From NCBI GenBank assembly GCA_000934665.2, contig JYFJ02002464.1:1-56640 (forward strand): DNA of 56,640 nucleotides, in the 5' to 3' direction. The first letter of the stretch is position 1. Each line of letters begins with the position of its first letter. This DNA comes from Catajapyx aquilonaris. Lineage: Eukaryota. Position numbers and translations under genes: made by a program. Of the stretch, positions 11,775 to 24,500 are shown piece by piece. Under the pieces are notes generated by a model. The model saw only the letters and a list, made by a program, of their open reading frames with translations. It ran no database searches and was not told the DNA's origin.

Positions 11775-14700
11775 TCACATTGGGCTGGTTCTGGCTGCAG
11801 TGATGGAGTCTCGGGATCCAGCCCGCATCAGTGCCATGTTCTGCATCCTTATGGAACTGCTGGGCCGCCTTTGCTCATCGTCCCCTTGAAACCCCTGATG
11901 GAAACCATGGATGGAAACAACAACAAATTAGTCATTTCACTTTGTTGGTTTTAATCAATTTTTACCTGATTAGTAATCCCTATGCTGTTCCTGCTTGCGA
12001 CGGACATGCTGCTCCTTGAATCCTGCCTGCCTGGCATGAACTGGGACATCCTTCGCTGCTTTTCCAGGACCGAGCTACGCCTCTGGGCTACTGCGTGGAG
12101 CGTGTCTCTTCGAAGGGACAGGTGCCGCATCACTGATGGGCTGCCTCCTGCGCCCTCTCCTGATACCAATGAGTTGAGCCTCTTCCTGACTGCAGCATCC
12201 AGGTTCCCGATTGGAACCTTCTTGTTGTTTGACTGTTGCCTATCCAGCTGTTGGATGGTCTTTCTACGGTCCAGCCTGTCTCTTCCAATGACTGGCTCGT
12301 CGTCATCTTCTAGTCCTGTCATCTGCTGGAGGTGATGCACGGCCTCCACAGCATTTTCTGGTGTTATGTTGCCATCCTTGTCAACAGCTTGCTTATTCTT
12401 GCAGCAGTCCAGTCTGGTCAAGGACAGAATGTGAGCAAAGGTCTCTTTACGATGGATGAACATTGCCACAAATTGAATGATCATGATCAGGGCAAAGAAG
12501 AAGACGAAGACAAGGCCAATGGGTTCCAGCTGCAAGTACTCCTTGTTCACAGTCACCTGTTGGATGAAAATGAAAAATTAATTTTGTCCTCTAAAAGAAT
12601 TGTATTCTTCATACCTCGTGTCCAAATTTTGCATAAGTCATGTTGACTTTCACTCCAAGGGGCCATTGGACGTGAATCATGTCCTTATTCAATTGCAGAA
12701 GGAATACGATCGTCACAAACAGGGAGTTCATCATGATGAATGCAAACACACAGAAGTCTCGCAATTCCTTCAAATCATTTTCCAGTTTTTTCTAATGGTT
12801 TCAGGTGGAAAGATGGATATGCAGCATCACAGAGCATGCAATGAAGATACAATATTGCATTAGATTAGACGGATAGATTTAAGCAAAATTACGTGATCTA
12901 CGAGCTAATGTCCAGTGCATCGTCTTTGACAAAAACTAATTTCAAGCAACATTTTAAAATAAAAACCTACTCTCTGCTCTTTATTTTCATCAATTGGATG
13001 CAGGTATTTTTTAATAAGCTCGTCCCAAAACTGTATCTCTGGAGTGGAAATGTAGTCCACAGCTCCAATTCTTATGCTCTTGTCTTCTATCCAGTAGGGA
13101 TTCTTCAGGTCATCCCGATATGTCCTCGGTTCTAAATTACATAGAGTTCAGGGAAATCCATTCATTAGGAAGTGAATTGAAAAGTATCACATGTGTCAGA
13201 AATCTTCAGCAATTATGTTACACATATTATATGACACATTATTAGCACCCATATGCTGTGGGAAACATAATACAGTATGTAGATGAAACACCATAATTAT
13301 ATTTCACCTACCAGTAACGGATTCCTTATCTGTCTCGTCATCCTCTTGCGACTCTACTGCAGCCTCCTCCGCCAAAGATGCCAAATGATCTGATGACAAA
13401 AGACCTCTGCCGGACATAGATTTTCTCCTCATCATTTGTGGATCAGAATTTCTCTCCAAGGAATCCATCCTTTTTGTCAATGTTTCCATAGAGTCGGCTA
13501 TCCTTAGCAACTGCTTTTTCTCATCAACAGGCTTCTCATGAGTGCAACACATGACTTTGAACAAGCCAGCCAAGCTGAATTCTATTGACCCTTCTTCATC
13601 CTTTCCATTGCCGGGCAGCTGGTTCAGGAAACCCAGGAGACCTGTCTTCTTGGCTGCCTTCTTGGCTTCCTCAGCTTCACGCTTCTCTTTTTCCACCTCC
13701 TTACAGGGGAGAAATGACATGCATTATACATCAGATTACATCTAATTGTTCCACATGCATTTTTGGCTGTCAAAGCAATACCAAGCTGTATTTTTTTACA
13801 GGGCCTTTCTAATCTCTCTACATCTGCTTAACAAATTGGCACATGCAATCTGTCATCTAACATGAATACATCATACAGTATAATTAAGTTACCTCTTTGC
13901 TCTTCTTTGTGGCTGCCTCCCTGGTACCCCAGGTGACGTTATTGAGGTTGAAGAGTGAATAGATCATGAGGAGCAAATACATCGATGGAACCACGCAGAG
14001 ATAGAGGAATCCATGCATCAAGCATGAAAATTCCTTTGGATGCATAATTGCTGTTATGACAAACACCATTATAATGAAGAACATGGACAGGCTGGAAGGA
14101 GCAAGTATTCCATCTCTTGTTATTTCCAGGATGATGCCAACTAACACAGCTACCATCACCAGTGCATAAAATGTACTAAGCACCTGGGCTACAAACAACT
14201 GGAAAAAATTTAATGGTGTAAAAGATCAACCCAGCACCACTTACACAGATGGAATTCAAACAACTCACCTGAAACTTAGATTCAAAGAAGTAGCATATAA
14301 CCATAAAGAGGAGGATCGGTATGACATTGTATTGGAAGGAGCTCCATTGGTCTATGTTGAATGCAGCCACGAATGCTCCCACCAACATTAGGAAGATTGT
14401 TCCTGGCCCAAGTATAGTGCCAACCATAAGCATGATCTGGTAGGAAACGTATGGCATGGAGATATTGTCATTGATCACAACAGTCCGCTTATAGTCCATT
14501 AATAGGTCCATGATGTTGGCCATGGTGCTGGGAACCCATCGCCTACGCTGATTGTAGAATTCATTGAAACCTTCAGGAGCATGTGTATAAGCATCACTTG
14601 CAGCAGAGTATTCTACACGGTAGCCTCTCTGAAGCAGGAGGGTGCATAGCCAACGGTCCTCACCTGCATAGAAGAGTATTAAAAATTTGTTTAAACAGCA

Positions 14701-17700
14701 ATAGGTACAAAGAAGTGCATGTAATGTTCTGGTCAAGTGCAGCTGCATTATTGCAGCATTTTATTTTCTCTAAAATAGTCATTTGAAATTAGACTCACCC
14801 TGATCATACTGAACGTAATCCCTTGCCTTTTCAGGCTTGATGGTGTACTTTGCCATTACATTTTTGTCCATGAGTGCTACAGCCCTAAAGAGCGAGAAGC
14901 ATCCTGGACTGCAGAGTACACATCCAATAACATGTTCCGTTGCCTTCTGCATCCAGTGACCAATGGCATATTCAAATTTTTGATACCAAACCATTGGCCC
15001 AGCTCCAATCGGGTGAATCCGTCCGCATGCAGCTCCTAGATTGCGATTCTTTTTCATCAGATCAATCAGCATGTGTACTGCATCTGGCTGAAAGTCAATG
15101 TCACCATCCAGGGCCAGAAGAAAAGTATTTTCTGCAACAATCGCCTTTCGTTCAACTGCTAGAGGCAGCTCCATCAGCTTGTGTCCCAGCAGGTAGTACA
15201 TGTACATTACCTGTAAAAAAATAAAATTGTTGTTTCTAGCAGTAAGCACCCAAATTAAGAATTGCAACATTTTGACAATACCTGGCTCCAACGCTTGCGA
15301 TGTCGTATCTTAGCCTTATTCTTAAGATGTACAATCATCTTGGTTTTTCCAGGAAGTGTCCACTCAAGACGTCCTCCATACGGAGTTGGAAATGCTGTTG
15401 GAGGTCGTACCCTCAGATTCAGGCCATGGACATGTGATGCAGCCTCATCTGTGGTCCTCATGAAGTCCTTCACATAGATGTTCACAGAATTCTCAGTCTC
15501 ATCTTCTTCGCTCATCACAAAGGCATCGTCAAAAAATATGTGTGTCTCAAACTCATAGTAATCTGGAACCACAACTTTCAATAGCTCTTGTGCATTTCTC
15601 ATTGCACTATGGTGTGAATCCATCCGCATGATTGACTTGAGCATTTCCATCATTTCTTCCCTGGTTTCGTGCCACATTGTTGCACAAGCGTAAATTCGTG
15701 GGATCTTATCCCTTTTGCGCACCTCACCTCCATCCTCAGCAGCATCAGTGACCATTTCAGCCAACACTGTTTTGCTCTTGGTCGTGTAATAATGGTCCAT
15801 AGGCTTTTCCATGTCATCCTTTTTGATCTCGCCTTCATCATCATCATCCTTCCTCCGGTTCATGGCCAATGACTGATCAACCAAAAATGCAGAATACATC
15901 GGAGCTGCAAATAACTTCTCAGTGGTTGCAAGACGCTCGCATTTGGGAGCCCATATATGCAGTGTAATCCAAGTCTGTGAGAACAGCCAGAAAAGCCAGA
16001 CATATGCATGCTGCTGAGAAATAAAGTTGTCGAGGAAATTTCCTAGAGGACATTCCCAGTACAAGTAGGGTGGCATCTGCCCATACATGAAGCAGGCATC
16101 CTCATTTCGGACTCCACATGCAGCTATTAGGAAGGTAATACCAGCAGGGACAGTCAGGCTGATAGGAAATGCGAAACTGAACCCTTGTATGCAAATTTTG
16201 CAGGCAAACTTTCCTGAAAACAAAAATATAACCAGTCATTCAAATTATCAACGTAGCAGATAGCATGCTGCTAAAAATTAGTCCATAAACTTACCAAATA
16301 CATAACAAAGCCAGGTGGTACCAACTTGAATCAAAAGGGTGTAAATGGCAGCATTGGCCCATGAGTAGTCATATGTAGCTTCATGGACAGGAGAGTTGCT
16401 GCTGGCCAAGTCAGAGAGTCTTCCAGGAAGGTCCGCCTGCACCTCAGTTGCATTAATATGATGCCTGTTGAAACTCTCAGAGAACATTTGAAATAGGTTT
16501 CCAATGTTCTCATTGTTCACATACAACAGTAGGAGCATGGACATGAAGAAAAGCATCATCTTCCATATGGAAATGAAGATGTAGGAGAAGTATCTTGTTT
16601 CCTGCAACCGTTCACTCACTCTTGCCATCTCTCTCACAATACCTGTAAATTCAGTGGCTACTAGTGATATTCTGAAGCATCAAGACACATCATGTAATAA
16701 CCCTGTGTAAGTCGAAAATTCTACTGATTAAAAGTGACATTTTAAAAGCTGACTGAGTCATACATTTTCTGATAAACGCTACATGAGAATATTACAACAA
16801 TCTCAAGTCACACAAGAAATTCACTAGCATTACATGCTATAACATTAATGCAACATCTAAATGTGCGCATGCTACTCATGTGCTCTCAGGCATTGCAATA
16901 TTATTTGAATTATTCCAATAAACCAAAAAAATATTTCGAGCCAGCCACTTTCCAATAAATATTTATGGAAAGATATACACCAACAAGATCCATACAACAA
17001 AACATTAATTTGTGCAATACTCACGAAGGGGAGAGTTCCTGTCCACATAGTTTTCCCACCAGGCAAATGAGATGAGGAATACTGATAGAGGAATGAGCCA
17101 CAGACTTCGGGCATTGTGGGTGTCCACCAGGGGCCATACGAAGAAACTAGTTGCTTGGGCGAGAATTGCCAATACGTCTATCACCACCTTTACTGCATAG
17201 AGCGGTTCAGTTGTGCTTCGTGACATCAAACCTACAAAGTGATTGTTTTTACACTTACCTCATAAATACACTATTGAAATACCGGTAGCATTTTTATGAT
17301 ACATCAATATTAGTCTTAACTAACCCAAGATCCCAGGCACAATGCACACGCAGTTGGTGAGCATGAGCCCTTTGATAATGTCAAGTTCTGGAAGAATCAT
17401 GAACACGAGGATTGCAAGACCCAAGGTGTGGAATGTTTCACAGACGAAGACCAGAAGGAAGTCCACAGGCATTGGTTTTTTCCAGGACTTGAACATGCAT
17501 ATTCTGGAAGACCGAAACAGAGTTTCCAACTCTGGAACCAAGTAGGCAAAGAGCAGGCACCAAATCCACTGGATTCGTTCTAAGTCTGGTATCTCAAATG
17601 TGAAGTCCTTGTCTGCTCCTGCAATAATAATTGCATCAACCACGCGGTCATTTACTGATTTTTCACACTCATTATGTTGCCATAATTATTCAGAAAGAAA

Positions 17701-18738
17701 GATTTGGCCATAAAAATAATATTTCCAGATTTCCCCACAATGTAACAGTAGTGAAAATTCACCAAAATTGTTGATTTTATTCATAACTCTATTTTAACTT
17801 ATTTTCTACTTGATAATTGGATTAAATTCAATGGCAATGTTTCATACATACCATATTTTTCCTTGCAGATGGGGACGGAGCGGTGGGGTCTGAGTTGGGA
17901 AGTCATGAGGAGCATGGTGCCCTTTGAGATCAGGCCACCACCAAGCACTATTGTGAATGTCAGGATGTACATAAACACTTTGAAAATCTTCATTATTGTG
18001 TCTGCAAGGCTTTGGTCTCTCATAGACCCTGAATCTTCCTTCGGAGGAGGATTTTGAAAAACGTCCCATTTTTTAATCGGCGATGATGCACTGCTGTTCC
18101 TGTTACTAATGAGAAAAGGAAGCATGATAGTTTTAGTGTCTAATGTATGCATGGGGAATTCAACAAAGCCTTCAAGAATATTAGTGGCAAATATACTAAC
18201 AGGAGTTGGTTCAAATCAACAAATAACTCTCTGGACAACCCTTATTATAACTCCTCTGACCATTATCACCAAGCATGATGGGCACAAATAATAATTTACG
18301 TGACCTGGTGTGACATACAGACAACTCATACACAAGAAAATCAGATATGATGAATTTTTCGGGAATTTTTCTGGGGATGGAGTCACCAAAAATATTTGTT
18401 GGCTAAAGCTAAAGATCGCCATCACAAAAAAACCTGCATTCACATATCAATCTAGGCTACTTTAACAAGGTGTGGCTTCCATCCCAGAATGGAAAATACA
18501 AAGAAATATGCGAATGGATTGCAAGTGCGTGTTAGCCGCACAAATGTGAAGTTGTCCTTATAGTTTTTCATCAGATTCATGTCACTTCTTAAAAAAATGG
18601 CGTTTTCACTTAATGTGTCAGATATACACTGAGATTTTCCTATCCTTACCTTGTTCCACATACGTTCTCTGCCAAAGGAGTGGTCTCATCTCCTGAAAAG
18701 TCATCTACAACCATGAATTCCCTCTCTAGATTCTCCAT
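11775..18738 (-). CDS. Chitin synthase, divergent tandem paralog with 14 coding exons and an intact frame
   Basis: Exons: 18738-18650, 18099-17852, 17618-17325, 17231-17025, 16642-16295, 16213-15282, 15210-14799, 14663-14269, 14198-13893, 13699-13312, 13131-12971, 12791-12615, 12556-11966, 11894-11775. Motifs [23 protein letters not shown] and TWGTRE are intact. The protein starts [22 protein letters not shown] and ends RTSPM*. Confidence 0.93.
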
Positions 18739-18902
18739 GGTTGAAGTGTTATGTCTGTAACGTCCTTCTAACTTATAGGACCTCCAGTATAGGCATGAGC
18801 CACTGGAATCACAAGCACCACATCATACACACTTTGTCAGAACAAAACTCTATGCAATAAAAGTCCCCAATATTGCAGAGTCTGTCTCAGCAGGAATGAA
18901 AG

Positions 18903-19036
18903 AGATAATCTACTCTGCCTTCCAAGATAAGGTCAGGATCAGCTGATAATAGTGTCCAAAGGTACACACAGGATGAGCATATAATAATATGTCAATGACG
19001 TCAATACCTATCACATTCCAGGTGTTGGATAGATAA
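18903..19036. promoter_or_regulatory. Cluster of five WGATAR sites plus a CRE palindrome upstream of the paralog ATG
   Basis: AGATAA at 18903, AGATAA at 18925, TGATAA at 18944, CTATCA at 19008, AGATAA at 19031. TGACGTCA at 18996. Confidence 0.45.
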
Positions 19037-21524
19037 CAGTTAATCCGTACCAATACGAAATAACGTTTCACAAGTTGATGCACCTGATGGATACCAGTCG
19101 CAACGCAAGACATGCTTACCAGGTACAGCCAATCACAAATGGGCCCCCACCCAAAATGGGCAATGTCACATATACTGCATAATATGCACCAGATGGCTTT
19201 AAAGGCGTCATCATCGTCATTTATCGCAACATTTTCCATATTTATAAGGAGTAGTCAGCTGTGAAGGAGACACTTCTGTTATGACCTAGAAATGGCACAC
19301 ATTCATTGAAGTAGAACAAAAATACGTAATAAACAAACAAAACATGTTAGTGGTAAAAGTAAGATTGGTTAATGTGTATAGAAATTGATAGCTTGAAGGC
19401 TGTAACACATCTTACAAGTGTAAAGCGGGATAAGTTGGGATGAAGTCATGATTTGTTCAAACTTACATCGCTAACTCCAACCAATAATATTCCCTTTATG
19501 AGAAATGGCGTAATTTATTTTCTGTTAATTTATTAGCATAGTGTGTAAAGGACGTGAGCAGGAAAGTTTAGAGAAAAACTCGTCATTTTGTGATTCATTA
19601 GGGGACTCCCCTTTGAAAGTGCACAAGGACAATTATTATTATCATGCAGAGATATTACTAAACAGACTGAGAGTGCTGTACACTATCATAACTTGTATTG
19701 TGTCACTTGCACCCAGCTGACACCATTTGTGTGTAAAATATTATTATTTTGTGAACCACTTTCCCAAGTCCTACCGAATTCTTTAAATCCCTGGAAAACA
19801 TATCCCCAGGCTTGTTTGCCATCATTATTTTATCCCAACATCTTCTGTTTGTGAGAGACACAGTCACAAATTAATTACAATAAGAAGCGGTTTTAACTTT
19901 GACACTGGCAGCTATGTAAAGGTGGTAATGAGGAGTAGTAGTGACGTAACCTCGTCGAGATGAATCAAGACGTTGCGTTGGCATGGCCACAAGATGGACA
20001 GTACTGGTGCAGTCATCCAAAAGTCATACAGATGACACCATCGTCACCTCCATCTCTCTCTACCATAAATTCATTTCTGCCCTTCCTTTCCAAGAAACAG
20101 ACTTTCATTCAGTTTTGCCATTACTTCCTATTATTTTTACCTGTGCTTTTTAAAAAAAATACCAATGCCATTTTAAGTGCACCAGATAATAAGTGGACCT
20201 GTAATCATGACTCGCCTGTCCTGCCCAATAATGTTAGCATTTAAAATAAATCGAGTACCATTGTGTAGAAAGGGGTATAGATAATATTTAAGTGCCACTG
20301 CCCTGAGAACAATAGGGAACATGATAGCAAAATCAAAGAAAGGGGGGGCGTAGCCAATACAGGAACAATTGGGATAACTATAAGAAGGGCCACTACAGGG
20401 GCTACGGCTACCCCACAAAGAAGTGAGCGAGTCTGTAACAAGGACATAGCAGAAAAGAAGTGAAGAGAAAGAAGAGAACGAGACAGAGAGTTGGAGTGAA
20501 CATCAAGCAGAGGGCAGTTAGTAACCAGAAACCAGCCAGCAACAGTTCGAGTAACATCCTGCAGCAACCTTGCTGCCACGACCACCCCACAAAGAAAGGG
20601 TGACTTGACATTAAATCAGCCACACCCTTTCTGCCAAGTAATGGTCAACAATGGGCATGAGTCTGTGTGTTATTATGACATATGATAAAAGACTTGTTAT
20701 AAAATGCTAGTAAATAAAGCTAATTATTGTGCATTGAGAACTGTCCTTGAATTGCTCTGTCTCTTATGGCCTGACGTTTAGCAGGAGGAAATGAACAATT
20801 GCTATTTGTTTCTCTCTTGCCCAGCTTTTCCATTGCTTATCACAAGGAAAGTGGAAGCATGATTATCGTATTCACTGACGTTTCAGTGTGCCAAGCAGTG
20901 TGCACAGGGAACTCACTGTGAAGGAAGTAATCTATCTAGTATTGTGTTGCAGTGATATTCCTGTACATTTCAACACTGATATTTTATCAACATGTCAATC
21001 CCAGATCTTCCTCCATCATTTTCCTTATTATGATATGACATTGCAAAGTCGTAATGTCACCACCACAAAATTTTGAATGTAAAGCTCTTAGGTTTTACAA
21101 GGTATTTTAAAAATTTATAGCAACATTCGATGTCTTGGTATAATTGACATGAACGAAACAAAAGTGCCACCATACCACATGACTACAAAAAATCAATATA
21201 AAAGTAAATTTTAAGAAATGTCAATCAACCAGTAACTTTTCATTTTTTTTTGTTTCATTGCTACGAACTTGGTTTCATAGATTTCTGGCAAATTATGTAA
21301 TTGTAATTAGGTTTATTTAGAAAGACTTCAATTCTAGGCGAATCTGATAACAATCTTAATATAATATCCAGCAGCCTTTATTCTCCACTTGGTAAAAACT
21401 ATACACAAAACTGCAGTCATTTTTTTATCGAAATAATCACCCGAAAAATAATATCATTAAGACACACAATCTCCATCCACTCATTTTAAAACTGAGTCAT
21501 CATCTTGTTGCCACCAAAAAAAAA

Positions 21525-24500
21525 TCACATTTGGCTGCTTCTCCTTGTTGGAATCGGTCCTCCCATGCCTCCTCCGCCCATCTCCAGATCATGGAAGGAA
21601 ACAGACGAGCGTATTCCAGCTTGGGTCAGGTTCTGCATCCTCACTGACCCTCTGTCGTCATCACTTTCATATGCCTGGAAATATGTCAATTAAGGCCTAA
21701 CCAAATGCCACAGCATGACTTGAACAACATACTACACGCTCTCTTGTAAACAGACAACTTAGTTAACTACCTCAAAATTTTACTTTGGGTTCTCTCTCAC
21801 CTGATTGGCAATTCCAACAGGCTGGAAGACGTTGCCATTTGTGACAGAGCTCCTGCTGCGGGAACCCTTCTTGTTGTACTCATTGTTGGCTCCCAGCGTC
21901 TGCATCTGGGATGTCCTCCTCCTCTCGGCCAGAACTGAGTTCCGCCTCACTGCCAGTGCTTTGATAGTTTCCCTTCGAATAGAGAACTGCCTCATGTTAC
22001 CCAACACAGGGGTGCCCTCTGGCCCACCGTCTGCCTGGATGGACATGAATCTCTTCCTAAAGGCCACATCTAGTGTCCCAATGGGACGCTTCTTCTGCTT
22101 CTGTTTCTCCAGCTGGTGGATTGTCCTTCTGCGATCGAGCCTGTTTCGTCCTGAACTTGACTCATTCCCATCTTCATCATCCAATCCAATCAGTCTCTGG
22201 AGGTTACGTGCTATTTCGACAGCATTCTTGTCGATGAAGGCATCTTCAGAAATGTCATCCACTTTGCGGTTGCAGCATCCCAATTCAGTGGAGGCCAAGA
22301 TATGTGAGATGGTGCCAAATCGATGGAAGAACATGGCCACGAACTGGATGATCAGGATCAAGGCGAAGAAGAACACGAATACGAGACCAATGGGCTCCAG
22401 CTGGAGGTACTGCTTAGAGATGATCACCTAATTGGAATAAGGAAGTGCTTTCAAAAGGTATTCTTCACTAGAAATTCTGAGCCCTAACTTGTTGCACCTC
22501 TAACCTTTGCGTTATCAACAGAATGAAGCAAGTAAAAAATTTGTGCAACCGTACCTGATATCAATGAATTACACCTAATAAATAATTTACTTCTGGTGGT
22601 ATGAATAATGAACATTCAAGAATGGGTCTGTTATAACACATTATGTTGAAATCAATTCAATATTATCGGTCACAAAATATAAGCACCACCTTGCATTATA
22701 TGCTCTGAAAAATTGCTCAAAATTTTCATGATTGTAGTACAAATGCAAAGAGTCATAATATTTTTAAAGCATAAAAGTCCATCACATACAATATGCAGGA
22801 ATGGTATAACAAGTGCAAGAGACATGACAAGAATATGAAATTGAGAGTGCACCGTATCTAGGCATAGTAAATCAATCGCATGTGTCTCAGAAGGATAAGT
22901 GCTCTCCTGTATTCTGATAAGAAATGTGCATTGCAGAAGTGCTGCTAAATATAATCAATTTTTCAGAGAAGAAAGATAAATCACCTGCGATTGAAGGGTA
23001 AGAAAATGCATTCACGATAATAATTTTTTACTGGCAAGGAATAATCTAGTGTGTATTATAATTATAGGAAACAAAAAATACCTCTCGATAGTTCTGGAAA
23101 AATTACTTTAAAATGAAGTAGCTGTTATCTTCACACACTGTGTGAATGCCATTACATTAGTCAGTTAAATGTCTCCAAGGCAATCCCCCTGGGAAACTTT
23201 GTTCATGTACAATATTTATATTTACACTGACAGTTAGAAACTTCCATTTTTTTATACACCTGATAACCTGTTGTTACTCAAAACACAACCACAAATTTCA
23301 TGCAAATCCATCCAATTGTTGTAAATTGGACTGTACAATGTTACTCTCTGTGATACCCTTTCTATGTACAATATGCACTGACTCCTCTATACCACACAAG
23401 TCTACTTACTCACTGGTCCCCCTGAAAAAGAAGGCTTTCTGATTTACTGCCAGCAAACAAGATCTTTAAAAAAAAAACAACCAATGTGAAGTGACCAGGA
23501 TTAGCCAAAAGATGAACACAACTCACACAAAAGCAGAAAAGTCAGCCAGACCAGTCACCAGAGAGAAGTGAAAATAACGAGGGGGGTGGAATAAAACGGC
23601 AAGGCAGCAGTGTTGCAGAAAGAGAGAGACAGAGAGTGAATAATATCCCGGGGGAGGTGTGCCCAAAGTTCAGTTTGTACCTGTTCGGTCTCCTCCACAA
23701 CTGTGATATTGGTCTTAACCCCGAGGGGCCAGTTAATGTGAAGTTCATCCTTATTGAGCTGTAGCAGGAACACGATAAGGATAAAGAGTGCATTGAACAT
23801 GAAGAAGGCAAAGACTGACTTGTTCCTCAACTCCTTCAGTTCACTGGCTATTCTGGCCTGGAAATAATAGACACACTGTTTTGAAGCATTGGGATTGCAT
23901 GTCCGGCTTGGGCGTTGGGAGGTTTGGGATGGCGAGAAAAGGTAACCTCTGGCTACAAGTCCGCTGGTCATGATCGCATGAAAACAGAGTCGCAAGCACC
24001 ACGCACGCGAAAACCCAGATCACTCAATAAGGGGGGGACCTTACCTCAGAATCATCTGGTGAGAAAGAAATGTTAAGCTTCACCCCAAGTGGCCATCGGA
24101 TGTGAAGCTGGTCCTTGTTGAGTTGCAGCAGGAACACAATCGTCACAAACAGGCAGTTGATCATAAAGAACGAAAACACACTCCTGTCTCGCAAGTCTTT
24201 CAGACCAAGTGCGATTCGTTTCTGATTGTGTGCAGTGGTGGTGGTGATGTCGCATGCAAATAAAAGGTGGCGGTTTCATGCAGGTCATATATGTACAGAG
24301 TCAAAGAGTGAGACAGAGAGAGACTGAAAAATTGGGACTGCACGGGATTTAACGAAACAGACATGGAAACCTGTAAAAAACCAATCAGTAATACATCCGG
24401 GACCAAATTAATGAATGGTGCACTTCGTAAGTCACAATTATGAGCGGACTTGCCAGAGGAACTGTCTTCTTGTCAGCATGCTAGCAAGGAGACTTTTCAC

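Noticed and set aside
11775..18738. Second chitin synthase as an assembly artefact, haplotig or pseudogene
   Set aside because: The proteins are substantially diverged, the introns show no evident similarity, and the frame and catalytic motifs are intact.
20241..20623. Purine-rich stretch with a hydrophobic 114-aa ORF between the two CHS genes
   Set aside because: No recognisable homology or splice structure. The opposite-strand frames are broken by stops. Probably UTR or decayed repeat.
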